A stretch of 64,000 nucleotides of DNA, taken from positions 1 through 64,000 of IMG/VR virus record IMGVR_UViG_3300023179_000093; one strand, 5' to 3'. Below are positions 37,510 through 47,402 of the stretch, in pieces (position 1 is the first letter of the stretch; each line of letters begins with the position of its first letter). Origin of the DNA: a virus. The position numbers were made by a program, and so were the translations under genes. The notes beneath the pieces were generated by a model. It did not search any database, was not told the DNA's origin, and saw only the letters and a program-made list of their open reading frames with translations.

Positions 37510-38774
37510 ATCGTTGCAATGTCTCCGTCGTTAAGTGTTCCAATGTTTTTTAATTTTGCCTTAACCCGACTCATCACTTGTTCCTCAATGGAATCGGCGG
37601 CAAAAATTATTCTTTGAATGGCCTTGGACTTGGCACCGGCACGATGGATGCGCCCCAAAGCCTGTTTAAGATCAATGGCCGAGTAGGTCGGACAAATAAG
37701 GGAACTACGAGGGCGTAGCCCATTCTCGTCGTGAAGCGAAACACCAACTCCACCGCTCTGAATTTGGCAGAGCATCACATGAGTTTCTTCCCTCTGAAAA
37801 TCGGAGATCATCCTTTCTCTCTCATCTACCGATTGATCTCCCCATATCATCGAACAGTCCTGAATGTTATACAATAATTCGTCAAGAGAATTCCGAAAAT
37901 TGCAGAAAATAACTACCGAGCGGCCTTCGTCCAGAAGAGCCTTGGTCAACTCGACAAGCACGGGAACACGAAGTAACTCCGATTCCTGCCTAGCCCTTAG
38001 GATCTCGGTCATAGGGTGTGGCTTGTCGGCAGCCTTGCTTGCTTCAAGCTCTGCCAGTCTTTGCTGTAGAGCGTCGTACAAGCCCTGGACATCGCCACAA
38101 TCGTAAGCTTCGGCAAAAACCTCGTTGTCTGGAAACTTGTCCCCAAGCTCGTTGACCCTAATCCTGCTGGCTTTTGAGGCCATTGCTTGATGGATTAAAT
38201 CTAATTTTTTCTTCCCTCCAAAGTATGACATGGCTCCCCAAGGAGCTTTTTTAACCCCATGCTTGATGCACCAAGGCCAAAAATTCTTGTAATCGTGGAG
38301 ACCAAGCACATAGCCAGAGTGCTTCATATCCAATGGGTTAGAGGCAAAAGTGGCTGAAAGCATAAGAGTGTAGTAAGGGCGGGAAGCAATCAGCATTTTC
38401 CCATTAAGGGAGTTTTGGCCTTTGCATTTGTGAACCTCGTCCCAAATAAACAATTGATCGTAGACGATCGCTTTTGACCACACCCAGGCTCCCCCAACGA
38501 AATCTCCATAAGGAGTGGAGCCAGCCCTAAGTTTCTCGTAATTGATGATGAAAGTTGGTTCGATTCCAGCCGCTTCGCACCATTTTTTCCAAGCCGGAAT
38601 AACAGCCTTTGGGCAAATGACCGCCACTGATTTTCCAAGCTGACGGGCAATCCAAACAGCCTTGGCCGTCTTACCAGTTCCGGTATCACTCCAATCCGCC
38701 GCCACATGGTTCTCCCGCAGACTGGAGAGCAAGGCCTCCGCCGAATCCTTTTGCCAATCGTAAAGTTCCATCAC
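37506..38774 (-). CDS. SF2 (SNF2-like) helicase
   Basis: TGTGKT, DEVH, SAT, GVGVSL and QA.GRIHR motifs. Confidence 0.9.
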   Translation of the reverse strand: MMELYDWQKDSAEALLSSLRENHVAADWSDTGTGKTAKAVWIARQLGKSVAVICPKAVIPAWKKWCEAAGIEPTFIINYEKLRAGSTPYGDFVGGAWVWSKAIVYDQLFIWDEVHKCKGQNSLNGKMLIASRPYYTLMLSATFASNPLDMKHSGYVLGLHDYKNFWPWCIKHGVKKAPWGAMSYFGGKKKLDLIHQAMASKASRIRVNELGDKFPDNEVFAEAYDCGDVQGLYDALQQRLAELEASKAADKPHPMTEILRARQESELLRVPVLVELTKALLDEGRSVVIFCNFRNSLDELLYNIQDCSMIWGDQSVDERERMISDFQREETHVMLCQIQSGGVGVSLHDENGLRPRSSLICPTYSAIDLKQALGRIHRAGAKSKAIQRIIFAADSIEEQVMSRVKAKLKNIGTLNDGDIATI

Positions 38775-39229
38775 TCCGTCTTTGCTCCGTATTCCAAAAT
38801 CAAAAGGGCATCACTTGTCGCCAGAGTAATATCAAGGCCTGGATACAAATTCTGCGCTTTTTGTTTGAGTTTGTTTTTCCACTTGGTGCGATTCCCTTCG
38901 CTTTTCCCAAGCCCTAAGTAGCCTTGCCATTTTTGTGGTCGGACTAGAACGATCCTTGCCGAAAGGCAGGTCAGAACGCCTAACAAGAACCCGAAATTGC
39001 GACCAAAAGTAAACATGGCTGAACCCGGCTGTGGCCTCCCGATATAACCTCCCACTTCCTCGATGAGGACTGTAGGTTTGTCCAGATGGTAATAAATCTC
39101 CTTTAGCTTTAGGGCAATATCTGGTTCCGTCGGTGGCATGGCTATGGCTCTGGCTCCGTAAGCCATTTTCCAAGCAATTCCCCCGGACTTGCCTGGATCG
39201 ATGGCAATCAATTCTTTTGTGGGTGTCAT
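38771..39229 (-). CDS. RuvC-like Holliday junction resolvase
   Basis: IDPG.SGG, IE.V, F.FG..FG, P.KW and DALLI motifs. Confidence 0.85.
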   Translation of the reverse strand: MTPTKELIAIDPGKSGGIAWKMAYGARAIAMPPTEPDIALKLKEIYYHLDKPTVLIEEVGGYIGRPQPGSAMFTFGRNFGFLLGVLTCLSARIVLVRPQKWQGYLGLGKSEGNRTKWKNKLKQKAQNLYPGLDITLATSDALLILEYGAKTE

Positions 39230-39271
39230 TCTTTCCTTTCTTTGTGACAGCCCTCGTTTTTAAAAACCTAA

Positions 39272-39580
39272 TCATAGGATGCTGATTCTTTCCGTTCTCG
39301 TTTTTTCACGAGCAAGCCAAGACAAAAGATCCGACTCCATAACTCTTGGCCGACCACCCGCCTTGGAATAGGGGAGTGGGTTATGTCGTCTGCGGAAATA
39401 GCTGTAGATTGTACGCCTAGAAACCCCGAGGCGTTTCGTTAAATTTGTGATCGTGTAAATCGTGTCACTGGGAAGTTCTTTCGGCCATCCGTGTTCGTCG
39501 AGTGGCTCAAGCTCCACCGCCAATTGTCCGCTGGGTTGTGAAAAGATTCTAACTGACTTGGTTTCTAGAATCATTTTCAT
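39272..39580 (-). CDS. Excisionase-like HTH protein
   Basis: YTI..L..RLGVSRRTIY.......LP..K.GG...V...DL..WL. Confidence 0.75.
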   Translation of the reverse strand: MKMILETKSVRIFSQPSGQLAVELEPLDEHGWPKELPSDTIYTITNLTKRLGVSRRTIYSYFRRRHNPLPYSKAGGRPRVMESDLLSWLAREKTRTERISIL

Positions 39581-39646
39581 GCGAGTTTCTAGGTTGTGTA
39601 TACCCCGGATGTACCCATGCAAGAAAAATCTTAAAAAAAAATAAAA

Positions 39647-39814
39647 TTAATTTTTGTTTTGTTTTACAAATTGGCAAACGGCTTGGACTACGAATTGCGA
39701 AAGTGAAAGCCGCAGTTTTTTTGCGGTTTCGATGGCGTCTTTTTTGACAGATGACGGAAGGACTAAATTAGTCTTTTCCGTGCTTTCCGAATGAAACTTA
39801 CGCCTACCCTTCAT
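39647..39814 (-). CDS. Ribbon-helix-helix regulator (55 aa, not in ORF track)
   Basis: TNLVLP.SVK......A.....SLSQFV.QA. Confidence 0.65.
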   Translation of the reverse strand: MKGRRKFHSESTEKTNLVLPSSVKKDAIETAKKLRLSLSQFVVQAVCQFVKQNKN

Positions 39815-39912
39815 CCACGCAGGGTATGCGTAGCTTTATTAAAGGCAATATCGTAAATATCTAATAATTAGTAAATTGCGTAATTATTACGCCATAATGG
39901 CGTACTAATTAA

Positions 39913-40089
39913 TTATTTTTTTGTCCCTTTTGGGATATTATGTTCGTCCCAATTCTTTAAAAGCAAGTGACGGATATATTCTGATGTTTTCAAACCACGT
40001 TTATCGGCCTGTTCCTGCACCCATTTTAAAAGGTGTTTTGGCAAGGTAAACGAAGTCTGAGTGGTGTTAGACCCTCTTTGATTTGGCAT
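39913..40089 (-). CDS. Ribbon-helix-helix (CopG-like) regulator
   Basis: TSFTLP..L...V...A...GL..SEYIR.LL. Confidence 0.75.
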   Translation of the reverse strand: MPNQRGSNTTQTSFTLPKHLLKWVQEQADKRGLKTSEYIRHLLLKNWDEHNIPKGTKK

Positions 40090-41292
40090 GTTTGATTGGA
40101 ACGATATTTTCCGCCACCACTGGTCGGATTTCAAAATATCGTTTGGCCACCTCCTGAGTTATCGATTCGCCGTGAAGGGCAACCGTTTTGTAGGTCCCCA
40201 GCAGCATGCTGACCGAGTGTCCGCAAGCCAAGGCTGTTCTGGCTGCGTCTTGCTGTAAGCAAGGTAATAAGAGGCAAAGCTGTGCCGCATCCCATTATCG
40301 ATCCACTTTGATGGTAATTTAGGGTTTTCCGACTTAATCAACCAGGGGCTGACAAAACGTGTCGGCTCCCTGGTCCCCATCGAGTTCATAATGTTCCCCT
40401 TCTTACCCTTGTAGGGAGCCAGCCATTCGGCGAGGTTTGGGAGAAGTGGGACAAGGCGGGATTGATTCGTCTTGGTGATGTTGCGATCCAATCGAATATT
40501 CCCACCAACCCAATCAATATCCTCCCAGTTAAGTCGGCAAAGCTCGGCAGTGCGAACTCCTGAAAAAAGACCAATCGCCAAGAAAGGGATTAACTTGGGC
40601 TCGGCCAACTGAAGCATGGCTTCAGCCTGTTCGGGGGAATAGATCTCCACATCCGGGCGTTTAAAGCGGATCTCTTCAGACTTTTCGGCCGCATGACGCT
40701 TGTCCTCGAGGAGATAGCCTTTCCGTCTGGCGTAGTTGAAAAGGACAATAATAGATGCCCGATGATTGTGGCGTGTGCGTGGGGCATAGGTGGGGTCATC
40801 TAGGTATTCGTCAATATCCCTTGGGGTGATGACTGGGATCGGGCGGTTCATCCTTTCGGAAAAACGGGTGAGGTGATGGCGGATAGTCCGTTTCTGCTCC
40901 TTGGACAGGTTGGGGTCAGCGTCGTTGCGCTTAAGGAACTCTTCCACAAGCTCCTTAATTTTGATTTGTTTAACCTCTTTGGGATTGGATTCGATGTAAG
41001 CCTTAATGGCTCGGTCTAGGGGAACCCCATTCAAGAGGGACTCGCACTGCCGATAATACTGAAGTTCCTTTTGCGTGATCTGCGTCGTTGTGGCCGAGCC
41101 GTCGGCCAGTTGTTCCGCAATCGCCTTTGCCTCCCGTTTGGCTAGCTCAAGCGAGGCCATGCCTCGGCGCATCCGTTTTTTGCCGACATACCAAACGATG
41201 ATGTAGGTCATGTACTCGTCTCCCCCGCGGCGCAGAGGACACTCGTAAATCCGAACTTTTGCCCAGCCTTTTTGAATAACGATTGGTTTCAT
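40067..41292 (-). pseudogene. int: Tyrosine integrase with a -1 frameshift near 40252
   Basis: G.R..E and RHSFAS lie in the main frame; GH (40217-40222) and catalytic Tyr (40190-40192) lie in the -1 frame. Confidence 0.8.
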
Positions 41293-41304
41293 AAAAACTT
41301 TATG

Positions 41305-41555
41305 GAATTAGAATCTTGACAGACTATCTTGACATTCTTGACATGAGTCAAGCGAAATTATTGCTCAACCTTGCACATTGCATTTCCCAACTTGCACAGG
41401 TATTATCCTCTATCTGAAGCACTTAATGGAAAATGTTGGCAGAAAGTGACTTACAGAGACGGGTCGTTAGCCCAATGTGCAACTTTGGGAAATGCCTAAA
41501 AATCAACAAATTGTGAAAACAGGCTAAAAAATCTTGACTGATTCTTGACGAATCT
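41305..41555. promoter_or_regulatory. Candidate attP and divergent regulatory region
   Basis: Five TCTTGAC direct repeats in two clusters, a long imperfect inverted repeat, and IHF consensus AATCAACAAATTG at 41501-41513. Confidence 0.55.
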
Positions 41556-41557
41556 TA

Positions 41558-43297
41558 GTGTCTTCCCATTGGGTTATGGGAGAGAGCTTTGAAAAATATG
41601 GTAGAATTTGGCCAATTGAGGCAACTGACGCCACAATCGAACTTATAGGCTTTAGGGAAAATTTTAGCCCAGAGTCTGGTGGCTTAGGCAAGTATGGGCA
41701 TTTCAAAAAAGTAGTAGATTTGCTGTGGCCATATGACCCCAAGAAGAACAAATCGGGATTTCATTGGAACCCTTGGGCCGAGCGAATCTTTGAGGAAGCC
41801 TGCAAGTGGAACTACCTAGGCATCTCTGGCCCTAAATCGTCCAGCAAAACTCACTGCATCGGTATTTGGGGGCTAGTTAATTGGCTTTGCGACCCATTCA
41901 ATACTCTTGTCCTTGTCACCACCACCTCCGTTCGAGAGGCCAGAAAGCGAATGTGGGGGGTAATTCGGGAGCGTCATCTTCAAATTCCAGGTCTTCCTGG
42001 TCGAATTGTGGACTCGATGGGAAAGTTAATTTTAGATGAAGCTGGGAGTGACCGCTCCTCAATAACCCTTATCCCTTCCGCAAAGGACAAGGAAAAGGAA
42101 GCCACCGAAAAGCTTATTGGACTAAAGAACAAAAGGGTATTTCTGCTGGTCGACGAGGCCACGGACGTTTCGCCAGCGATCTTTGAGGCTATTCATAACC
42201 TAGATTCCAACCCCTATTTCCAATGTATCGCCTTGGGTAACTTCGCTTCGGCCTACGACCCCTTTGGCCAGTTCATCACTCCAAAAGTAACCTGGAACAA
42301 CGTAAACGCTGAAATGGACGGCTGGGAGACTTCAAGAGGCTATTGCATTCATCTTGATGGCGAGAGGACACCCAACATTGACGCAGAGGATCAATGGCCA
42401 TTTTTACTTACCTCAAAGCAACTTCGAGAGGCTCGTGAGTTTCAAGGGGAGAACAGCCTTTCTTACTGGCGGTTTATTCGATCCTTCCCATCGCCTATTG
42501 GAGCCGAGCAGAACATTTACTCCGAGGCGGACTTGAGGAGATATGAGGGAGAAGTTCAGCCAAAATGGGACGGAGCTCCGATCAAGGTTGCCGGGTTTGA
42601 CCCAGCCTTTACCAATGGTGGAGATCGTTCGGTTTTGTATATCGGCTCATTTGGCAAGCTGGATACAGGAGTTTATGGGTTGGCCTTTGAGAAACCGCAT
42701 ATCCTTCGGGAAGACTCAACTAAAGCCAACGAACCACGAAACTTTCAAATCGCCAGATTGGTAAAGGAGACATGCCAAGCCCAGGGTGTGCTCCCGGAGC
42801 ACCTTGCAATTGACGCCACTGGCGCAGGGGATCCTTTTTGCGACATCCTAAGTGAGCTTTGGTCAAATCGTATCTATCGGGTCAAGTTTGGGGAAAAGCC
42901 CTCCAACCTTCCAGTCAGCGGCGTGTCTCCAATCAAGTCGAACGAGAAGTTCAACAATCGGGTTACTGAATTGTGGTATGTCGGCGTTGAGTTTTTGCGT
43001 TCTGGTCAATTGCGGGGTATTTCCCCCGACTTGGCTAGGGAGTTAACCTCGAGAAAATACAGCACCCTTGCCGGTGGAAAACTGATTGTAGAGCCTAAAA
43101 AGGATATGAAAGCCAGAATGGGGAAATCCCCAGACTTGGCCGACGCCGCCTTGATTATGCTGGATTTGTGTCGAAATCGTCTTGGAGCCTACGCTGGAGC
43201 AAAACTGACAAAACTTCGTGGTGACTCGTGGCTTGAAAAATTGAAGAAACACGATGTTTGCTCCCATATGGATCGCCAAGTATTGGGCGTCTCTTGA
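41558..43297 (+). CDS. terL: Terminase large subunit
   Basis: Walker A variant GPKSSSKT, LLVDEA, LGN coupling motif, RNase H GFDPA..GGD, IDATG.G, KSPD.ADA. Confidence 0.9.
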   Translation: MSSHWVMGESFEKYGRIWPIEATDATIELIGFRENFSPESGGLGKYGHFKKVVDLLWPYDPKKNKSGFHWNPWAERIFEEACKWNYLGISGPKSSSKTHCIGIWGLVNWLCDPFNTLVLVTTTSVREARKRMWGVIRERHLQIPGLPGRIVDSMGKLILDEAGSDRSSITLIPSAKDKEKEATEKLIGLKNKRVFLLVDEATDVSPAIFEAIHNLDSNPYFQCIALGNFASAYDPFGQFITPKVTWNNVNAEMDGWETSRGYCIHLDGERTPNIDAEDQWPFLLTSKQLREAREFQGENSLSYWRFIRSFPSPIGAEQNIYSEADLRRYEGEVQPKWDGAPIKVAGFDPAFTNGGDRSVLYIGSFGKLDTGVYGLAFEKPHILREDSTKANEPRNFQIARLVKETCQAQGVLPEHLAIDATGAGDPFCDILSELWSNRIYRVKFGEKPSNLPVSGVSPIKSNEKFNNRVTELWYVGVEFLRSGQLRGISPDLARELTSRKYSTLAGGKLIVEPKKDMKARMGKSPDLADAALIMLDLCRNRLGAYAGAKLTKLRGDSWLEKLKKHDVCSHMDRQVLGVS

Positions 43298-43320
43298 CGA
43301 AATTAACTCGGTGTTAATCT
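43294..43320 (+). promoter_or_regulatory. Promoter TTGACG-N15-TAATCT
   Basis: Member of a recurring 15-bp-spacer class. Confidence 0.5.
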
Positions 43321-43330
43321 AAAAATACCC

Positions 43331-45538
43331 GTGTCACTAAATCTAGAAACCATTACAGACAGCGGAAAACCGCCACGCTCAAGAATTAAGGACGCAAAAA
43401 GCGCCCATTCAATTTTTCTTACGATGCGGAATGCCGATGATTCTTCGGCAATCGACCGCCAAAAAGTGCAGGCAATGCTGGATGGAGAACCTCCCTACAA
43501 CCCGAGTCAGTTGAAATCTCTTGGGCAGGGGTATCGAGCCAACCTCAACTTTGGTGAAGCGGCCGCAGCTCTTGAGACTTCTTTGGCCGCTTATTCGGAT
43601 CTCGTCAACTCGGTGGACAAATTGGCTTTGGTCAAAACCTCCGAAGGGGATCCCTCTCAAAGAGCCGAGTGGGAGAGCATTATCGCCGAGGAGTTTCATC
43701 GGACTTTGGTGGATTGGGACGAGTTTTATTACAAACAGCAGCTTCTTGCTCATCAGTTTGTCGCTTATGGAGTGGGAGTCACTTTCTTTGAGGATAACCG
43801 AAATTGGCAGTGGAATGTCTGTGGTCTTAAAGACTTTCGTGTTCCTCGGGGAACACCAGCCTGCGACAGCAAGGTAGAAATTGCTACGATTGAGCGTCAC
43901 TACCTTGTAGGTGAGCTATATCGCTTTATTGAGAATCCAAAGATCGCCAAAGAACTTGGCTGGAATGTCGAGGAGACTCGAAAAGCCATTTTGTTGGCGA
44001 CGGAGACGAACAAGGCAACGGGTAGGGATTGGGAAAACCTCCAGGCTGAACTCAAAAACAACGATCTAGTCTATTCGCTGGCTCGCAGCAAAGTTGTACG
44101 CTGTGTTCACTATTTTGCCCAGGAGTTTGACGGAACTGTTTCCCACTATATCGGCACTCGTTCTGGCACCGAAAACGATTTTCTTTTCCAAAAGCCAAGT
44201 CGGTTCAAGCACATCAACGAAGCCTTCACGATGTTTACTTATGGGATTGGAACCAATGGCTTACTGCATTCTATCCGTGGGCTAGGGTACAAGATCTTCC
44301 CCTTTATCCAGCTTTCCAACCGCCTACGGAATCAAGTGGCAGACGGAGCGATGCTTTCCTCGGCCTTGATGATTCAGCCTGCCACTGGTGAGGATGCCAC
44401 CAATCTCAACTTAATGTTTAATGGGCCTTTGTCTGTCCTTCCCCCAGGACTGAATATTATTGAAAAGGCCAACCCAAACCTTTCCGCCAATGTTCTTCCG
44501 ATCATTCGGGAATTTGAGCTAGTTCGTCAAAACAACACTGGCACTTACAACCAGAGGCAGATCATGCCCGATGGAGACGCTAGGACGGCCACCGAGGTCA
44601 ACGCCCAGCTTGCACAGCAGTCGATCCTTTCCGTCCAAGCGATGAATCTTTTTTACACTCCTTGGGGCAAGTTGCTCAGCGAAATGTTTAGGCGTCTGGC
44701 CACGGTCAAATATCGGGCAGACGAGCCGGGTGGCCGAGCCGCTATTGATTTCCGCAAAAGAGTTGAGGCGAGGGGAGTTCCGTGGAAGGCGGTTGAAAAA
44801 GTTTACCGAGTCCAAGCGATTCGTGCCGTTGGTGCGGGTAGCCCAGGTGCTCGGCTTCTTGCGTTTAACGAATTTCTACAGATGCTTCCTCGGTTCGACG
44901 AAGTTGGCCAAAGGAATCTTATTCGGGATCGTGTGGCCGCTCGGGTTGGGTACGACCAGGTGGATCGCTATCTACCCAAAGCCGAGACAGAGCGGTTGCC
45001 CGTCGACGCCAAGATTGCCGAACTTGAGAATGACGCAATGCAGGGAGGACGAGGCGTCAGCGTCAACGCCGGGGAAAACCACGCCGTTCATCTTAAAGTT
45101 CATTTGGAAGACTGCATTCGTTTCTTGCAAGCTCTCCAACAGAGCCAAGTCGACAAGAAAACGGCCTTTGCTTACCTACAACTCCAGTACCCGCATTCTT
45201 CGCAACATCTTTCTCAACTTGCGGCTGATCCAACTAGAAAACAAGAAGTCGGAGCCGCAAAGGAAGTCCTCAATCAAGTTAGGGAGGCGGTGGAGAATAT
45301 TGGAAAACAACTTCAAGCTGAGGCACGGAGAGCTCAACAAATGGCGGCACAAGAAGGTGTGGGACAAGCCATTGACCCCAAGCTTGCGGTGCAAATGCAA
45401 AAAGCCGCTCTTGAGTCTCAAATCAAAATGAGCCAAGCCAAGGTGGATCAGCAAATCAAGATGGCCGATGCTCAGCAGAAGATGGCAATTCGTGATGCGG
45501 AAGCCGCCCAGAAGATTCGTGAAAAAAGCCTTGCGTGA
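43331..45538 (+). CDS. Portal protein
   Basis: Directly follows TerL; RTATEV motif; Gln/Ala-rich helical barrel tail. Confidence 0.85.
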   Translation: MSLNLETITDSGKPPRSRIKDAKSAHSIFLTMRNADDSSAIDRQKVQAMLDGEPPYNPSQLKSLGQGYRANLNFGEAAAALETSLAAYSDLVNSVDKLALVKTSEGDPSQRAEWESIIAEEFHRTLVDWDEFYYKQQLLAHQFVAYGVGVTFFEDNRNWQWNVCGLKDFRVPRGTPACDSKVEIATIERHYLVGELYRFIENPKIAKELGWNVEETRKAILLATETNKATGRDWENLQAELKNNDLVYSLARSKVVRCVHYFAQEFDGTVSHYIGTRSGTENDFLFQKPSRFKHINEAFTMFTYGIGTNGLLHSIRGLGYKIFPFIQLSNRLRNQVADGAMLSSALMIQPATGEDATNLNLMFNGPLSVLPPGLNIIEKANPNLSANVLPIIREFELVRQNNTGTYNQRQIMPDGDARTATEVNAQLAQQSILSVQAMNLFYTPWGKLLSEMFRRLATVKYRADEPGGRAAIDFRKRVEARGVPWKAVEKVYRVQAIRAVGAGSPGARLLAFNEFLQMLPRFDEVGQRNLIRDRVAARVGYDQVDRYLPKAETERLPVDAKIAELENDAMQGGRGVSVNAGENHAVHLKVHLEDCIRFLQALQQSQVDKKTAFAYLQLQYPHSSQHLSQLAADPTRKQEVGAAKEVLNQVREAVENIGKQLQAEARRAQQMAAQEGVGQAIDPKLAVQMQKAALESQIKMSQAKVDQQIKMADAQQKMAIRDAEAAQKIREKSLA

Positions 45539-45568
45539 CAAATCTTGTCACTGTAGAGTCAAGACCAT

Positions 45569-45862
45569 ATGAAAATTACTGACTGGGCAAAACGAGAAGA
45601 CCTTCAACTACAGTGGAAGAAAAACTGGGAAGAAAACCCGGTGATGATGAATGGACTTGAAGTCCTGCGGCAAATTGCATTGCCGTCCGAGACTCGTGTT
45701 CCTCAAGGTGCCGATGTGATTCAGTTCAACGCTTTGATGAATGCAAGGCGGGAAGGGTATTACGACGCTCTTCGCAATATCGAGGCCTTGAAAGAAGTCA
45801 AAGTCCCGACAGAAGAGTTGCCCGAGCCTTGGGAAGAGCCAGCTAAGAAGGTTTCGGAGTAA
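45569..45862 (+). CDS. Head-associated hypothetical protein
   Basis: Position between portal and scaffold. Confidence 0.65.
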   Translation: MKITDWAKREDLQLQWKKNWEENPVMMNGLEVLRQIALPSETRVPQGADVIQFNALMNARREGYYDALRNIEALKEVKVPTEELPEPWEEPAKKVSE

Positions 45863-45865
45863 TCC

Positions 45866-47185
45866 ATGTCCACGGTAGCCGCCGAGCCCACAGCTAAAGA
45901 AACACCTAAAGTCGAAAATCCTACCCAGCCTCAGCCAGAAGCTAAGGCCAAGGAAGTAAGCTTTTCAGATTTTTTGGATAAAGAGCTTGGGGATTCTGCT
46001 CCTGAAAAAACACCCTCGGCAAAAGTAGCGGATACCAAACCCGCTGAAACGACTCAAGAGAAAGTCGAAAAGACTCCCTCGGCGGCTACCGATGGCAAAG
46101 AAACAGCTAAATCTTCCGAACCAAAAACTCCCGACTCACTTCTTGATAAGCTTAAAAACACCATTGTTGAGGATGTTAAGGCTCAAGAGAAGCCCAAGAC
46201 CGAAGAAGCTTCGGCTACCTCCAAAGACGACATTGAGGAAGCTCTCCCAGAAGGTACCTCAGCTTCGGCTCAAACAGCTTTTGCCAAGCTTACTCGTGAG
46301 CTTAAGGAAGCTCGTGGGAAGCTTAAGGAGATGGAAGGGAAGATTGCGGCTAGGACTGAAGTTGTTGAAAACAAAGGTGGGAATGTTGAGACGGACTCCC
46401 AGTTAAAAGATCTTCAAGCGAAGCTTGAAAAGCTTGCTTCTGAAAGAGAGGAGCTTGAAGGAGAACTGCGGGTTTCAAAGGTAGAAGCTACTCGTGAGTT
46501 TAAGGCGGTTGTGGCTGAGCCAACTAAGGCCGCAGTTCAGACAATCTCGGATATCGCCAAGATCTACGAAGTTCGCCCTAACGCCATTGTAGAGGCTTCC
46601 TACGAGCCTGATGGAGCTAAGCGCAGAGCCATCCTTAAAGAGCTTACTTCTGAGATGGACGCTGTAGACGCTCTTCAGGTTCGAACCAAAGTCGAAGAAT
46701 TGGTTCAGCTGAACGCTAAGCGTGATTCCATGATAAAAGAGAGCAAAAGCGTTCTTGAGGCTATGGCCAAGGCGGAAGAGGAGAAAGAGGCTGCCGAGCG
46801 TTCTAGGTATGACCAAGAGGCTAAAAAAGCTTTTGGCGAGGTTTGGGAGAACTTCCAAAAGAATGTCCCAATCCTTCAAAAGGTTGAGGGTAACGATGAG
46901 TGGAATAAGACGATTGATACTCTTCGTATCCAAGCCGAAAAGCTTGATTCCGAGCCTTTGGATCATCGCCAGAGGGCTGCGTTGACCTATCAAGCCGTTG
47001 CTCTCCCAGTCCTTGTACAGGTGTTTAAGGATTATGTTTCAAGAACAACTCAAGAGACAAATAGCCTTCGTCAAAGTCTCGACGAATACCGCAAAGCCAC
47101 GCCAGGAGCAGGATCTGGGCAAGCACCCGAAAAGTCTGCTGGCCTAGACAAGTCGGTAAGTTTCTTGGACGCAGTCACTCGTTAA
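45866..47185 (+). CDS. Capsid scaffolding protein
   Basis: Acidic disordered N-terminus plus coiled coil, immediately upstream of the capsid gene. Confidence 0.75.
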   Translation: MSTVAAEPTAKETPKVENPTQPQPEAKAKEVSFSDFLDKELGDSAPEKTPSAKVADTKPAETTQEKVEKTPSAATDGKETAKSSEPKTPDSLLDKLKNTIVEDVKAQEKPKTEEASATSKDDIEEALPEGTSASAQTAFAKLTRELKEARGKLKEMEGKIAARTEVVENKGGNVETDSQLKDLQAKLEKLASEREELEGELRVSKVEATREFKAVVAEPTKAAVQTISDIAKIYEVRPNAIVEASYEPDGAKRRAILKELTSEMDAVDALQVRTKVEELVQLNAKRDSMIKESKSVLEAMAKAEEEKEAAERSRYDQEAKKAFGEVWENFQKNVPILQKVEGNDEWNKTIDTLRIQAEKLDSEPLDHRQRAALTYQAVALPVLVQVFKDYVSRTTQETNSLRQSLDEYRKATPGAGSGQAPEKSAGLDKSVSFLDAVTR

Positions 47186-47195
47186 CATCCACCTC

Positions 47196-47222
47196 TTGAC
47201 AAAATAAAAACTAACTTACGCT
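47196..47222 (+). promoter_or_regulatory. Capsid promoter TTGACA-N15-TACGCT
   Basis: 15-bp-spacer class. Confidence 0.55.
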
Positions 47223-47227
47223 TGATC

Positions 47228-47400
47228 TAAGCGTTCGTTAGACACGGGTGTATTTGCGGGTCGCCGCCGCATAGTCAACAGCGAAAGCTTATCGGGCAAC
47301 AAGAGCTCTGCGATGCCGGCAGGGAAAACAATAGGAGCCGCCCACACCTAGGGTGCGGGACTTACGGTTTCTAAACCTGTTAGTGAAAGGATACTAAATA
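47228..47400 (+). ncRNA. Candidate structured leader RNA of the capsid gene
   Basis: Several hairpins and a nested stem with G-U pairs. Confidence 0.45.
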
Positions 47401-47402
47401 AA

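Noticed and set aside
41461-41540. tRNA gene
   Set aside because: Only ~11 nt resemble a tRNA 5' end; no cloverleaf or T-loop.
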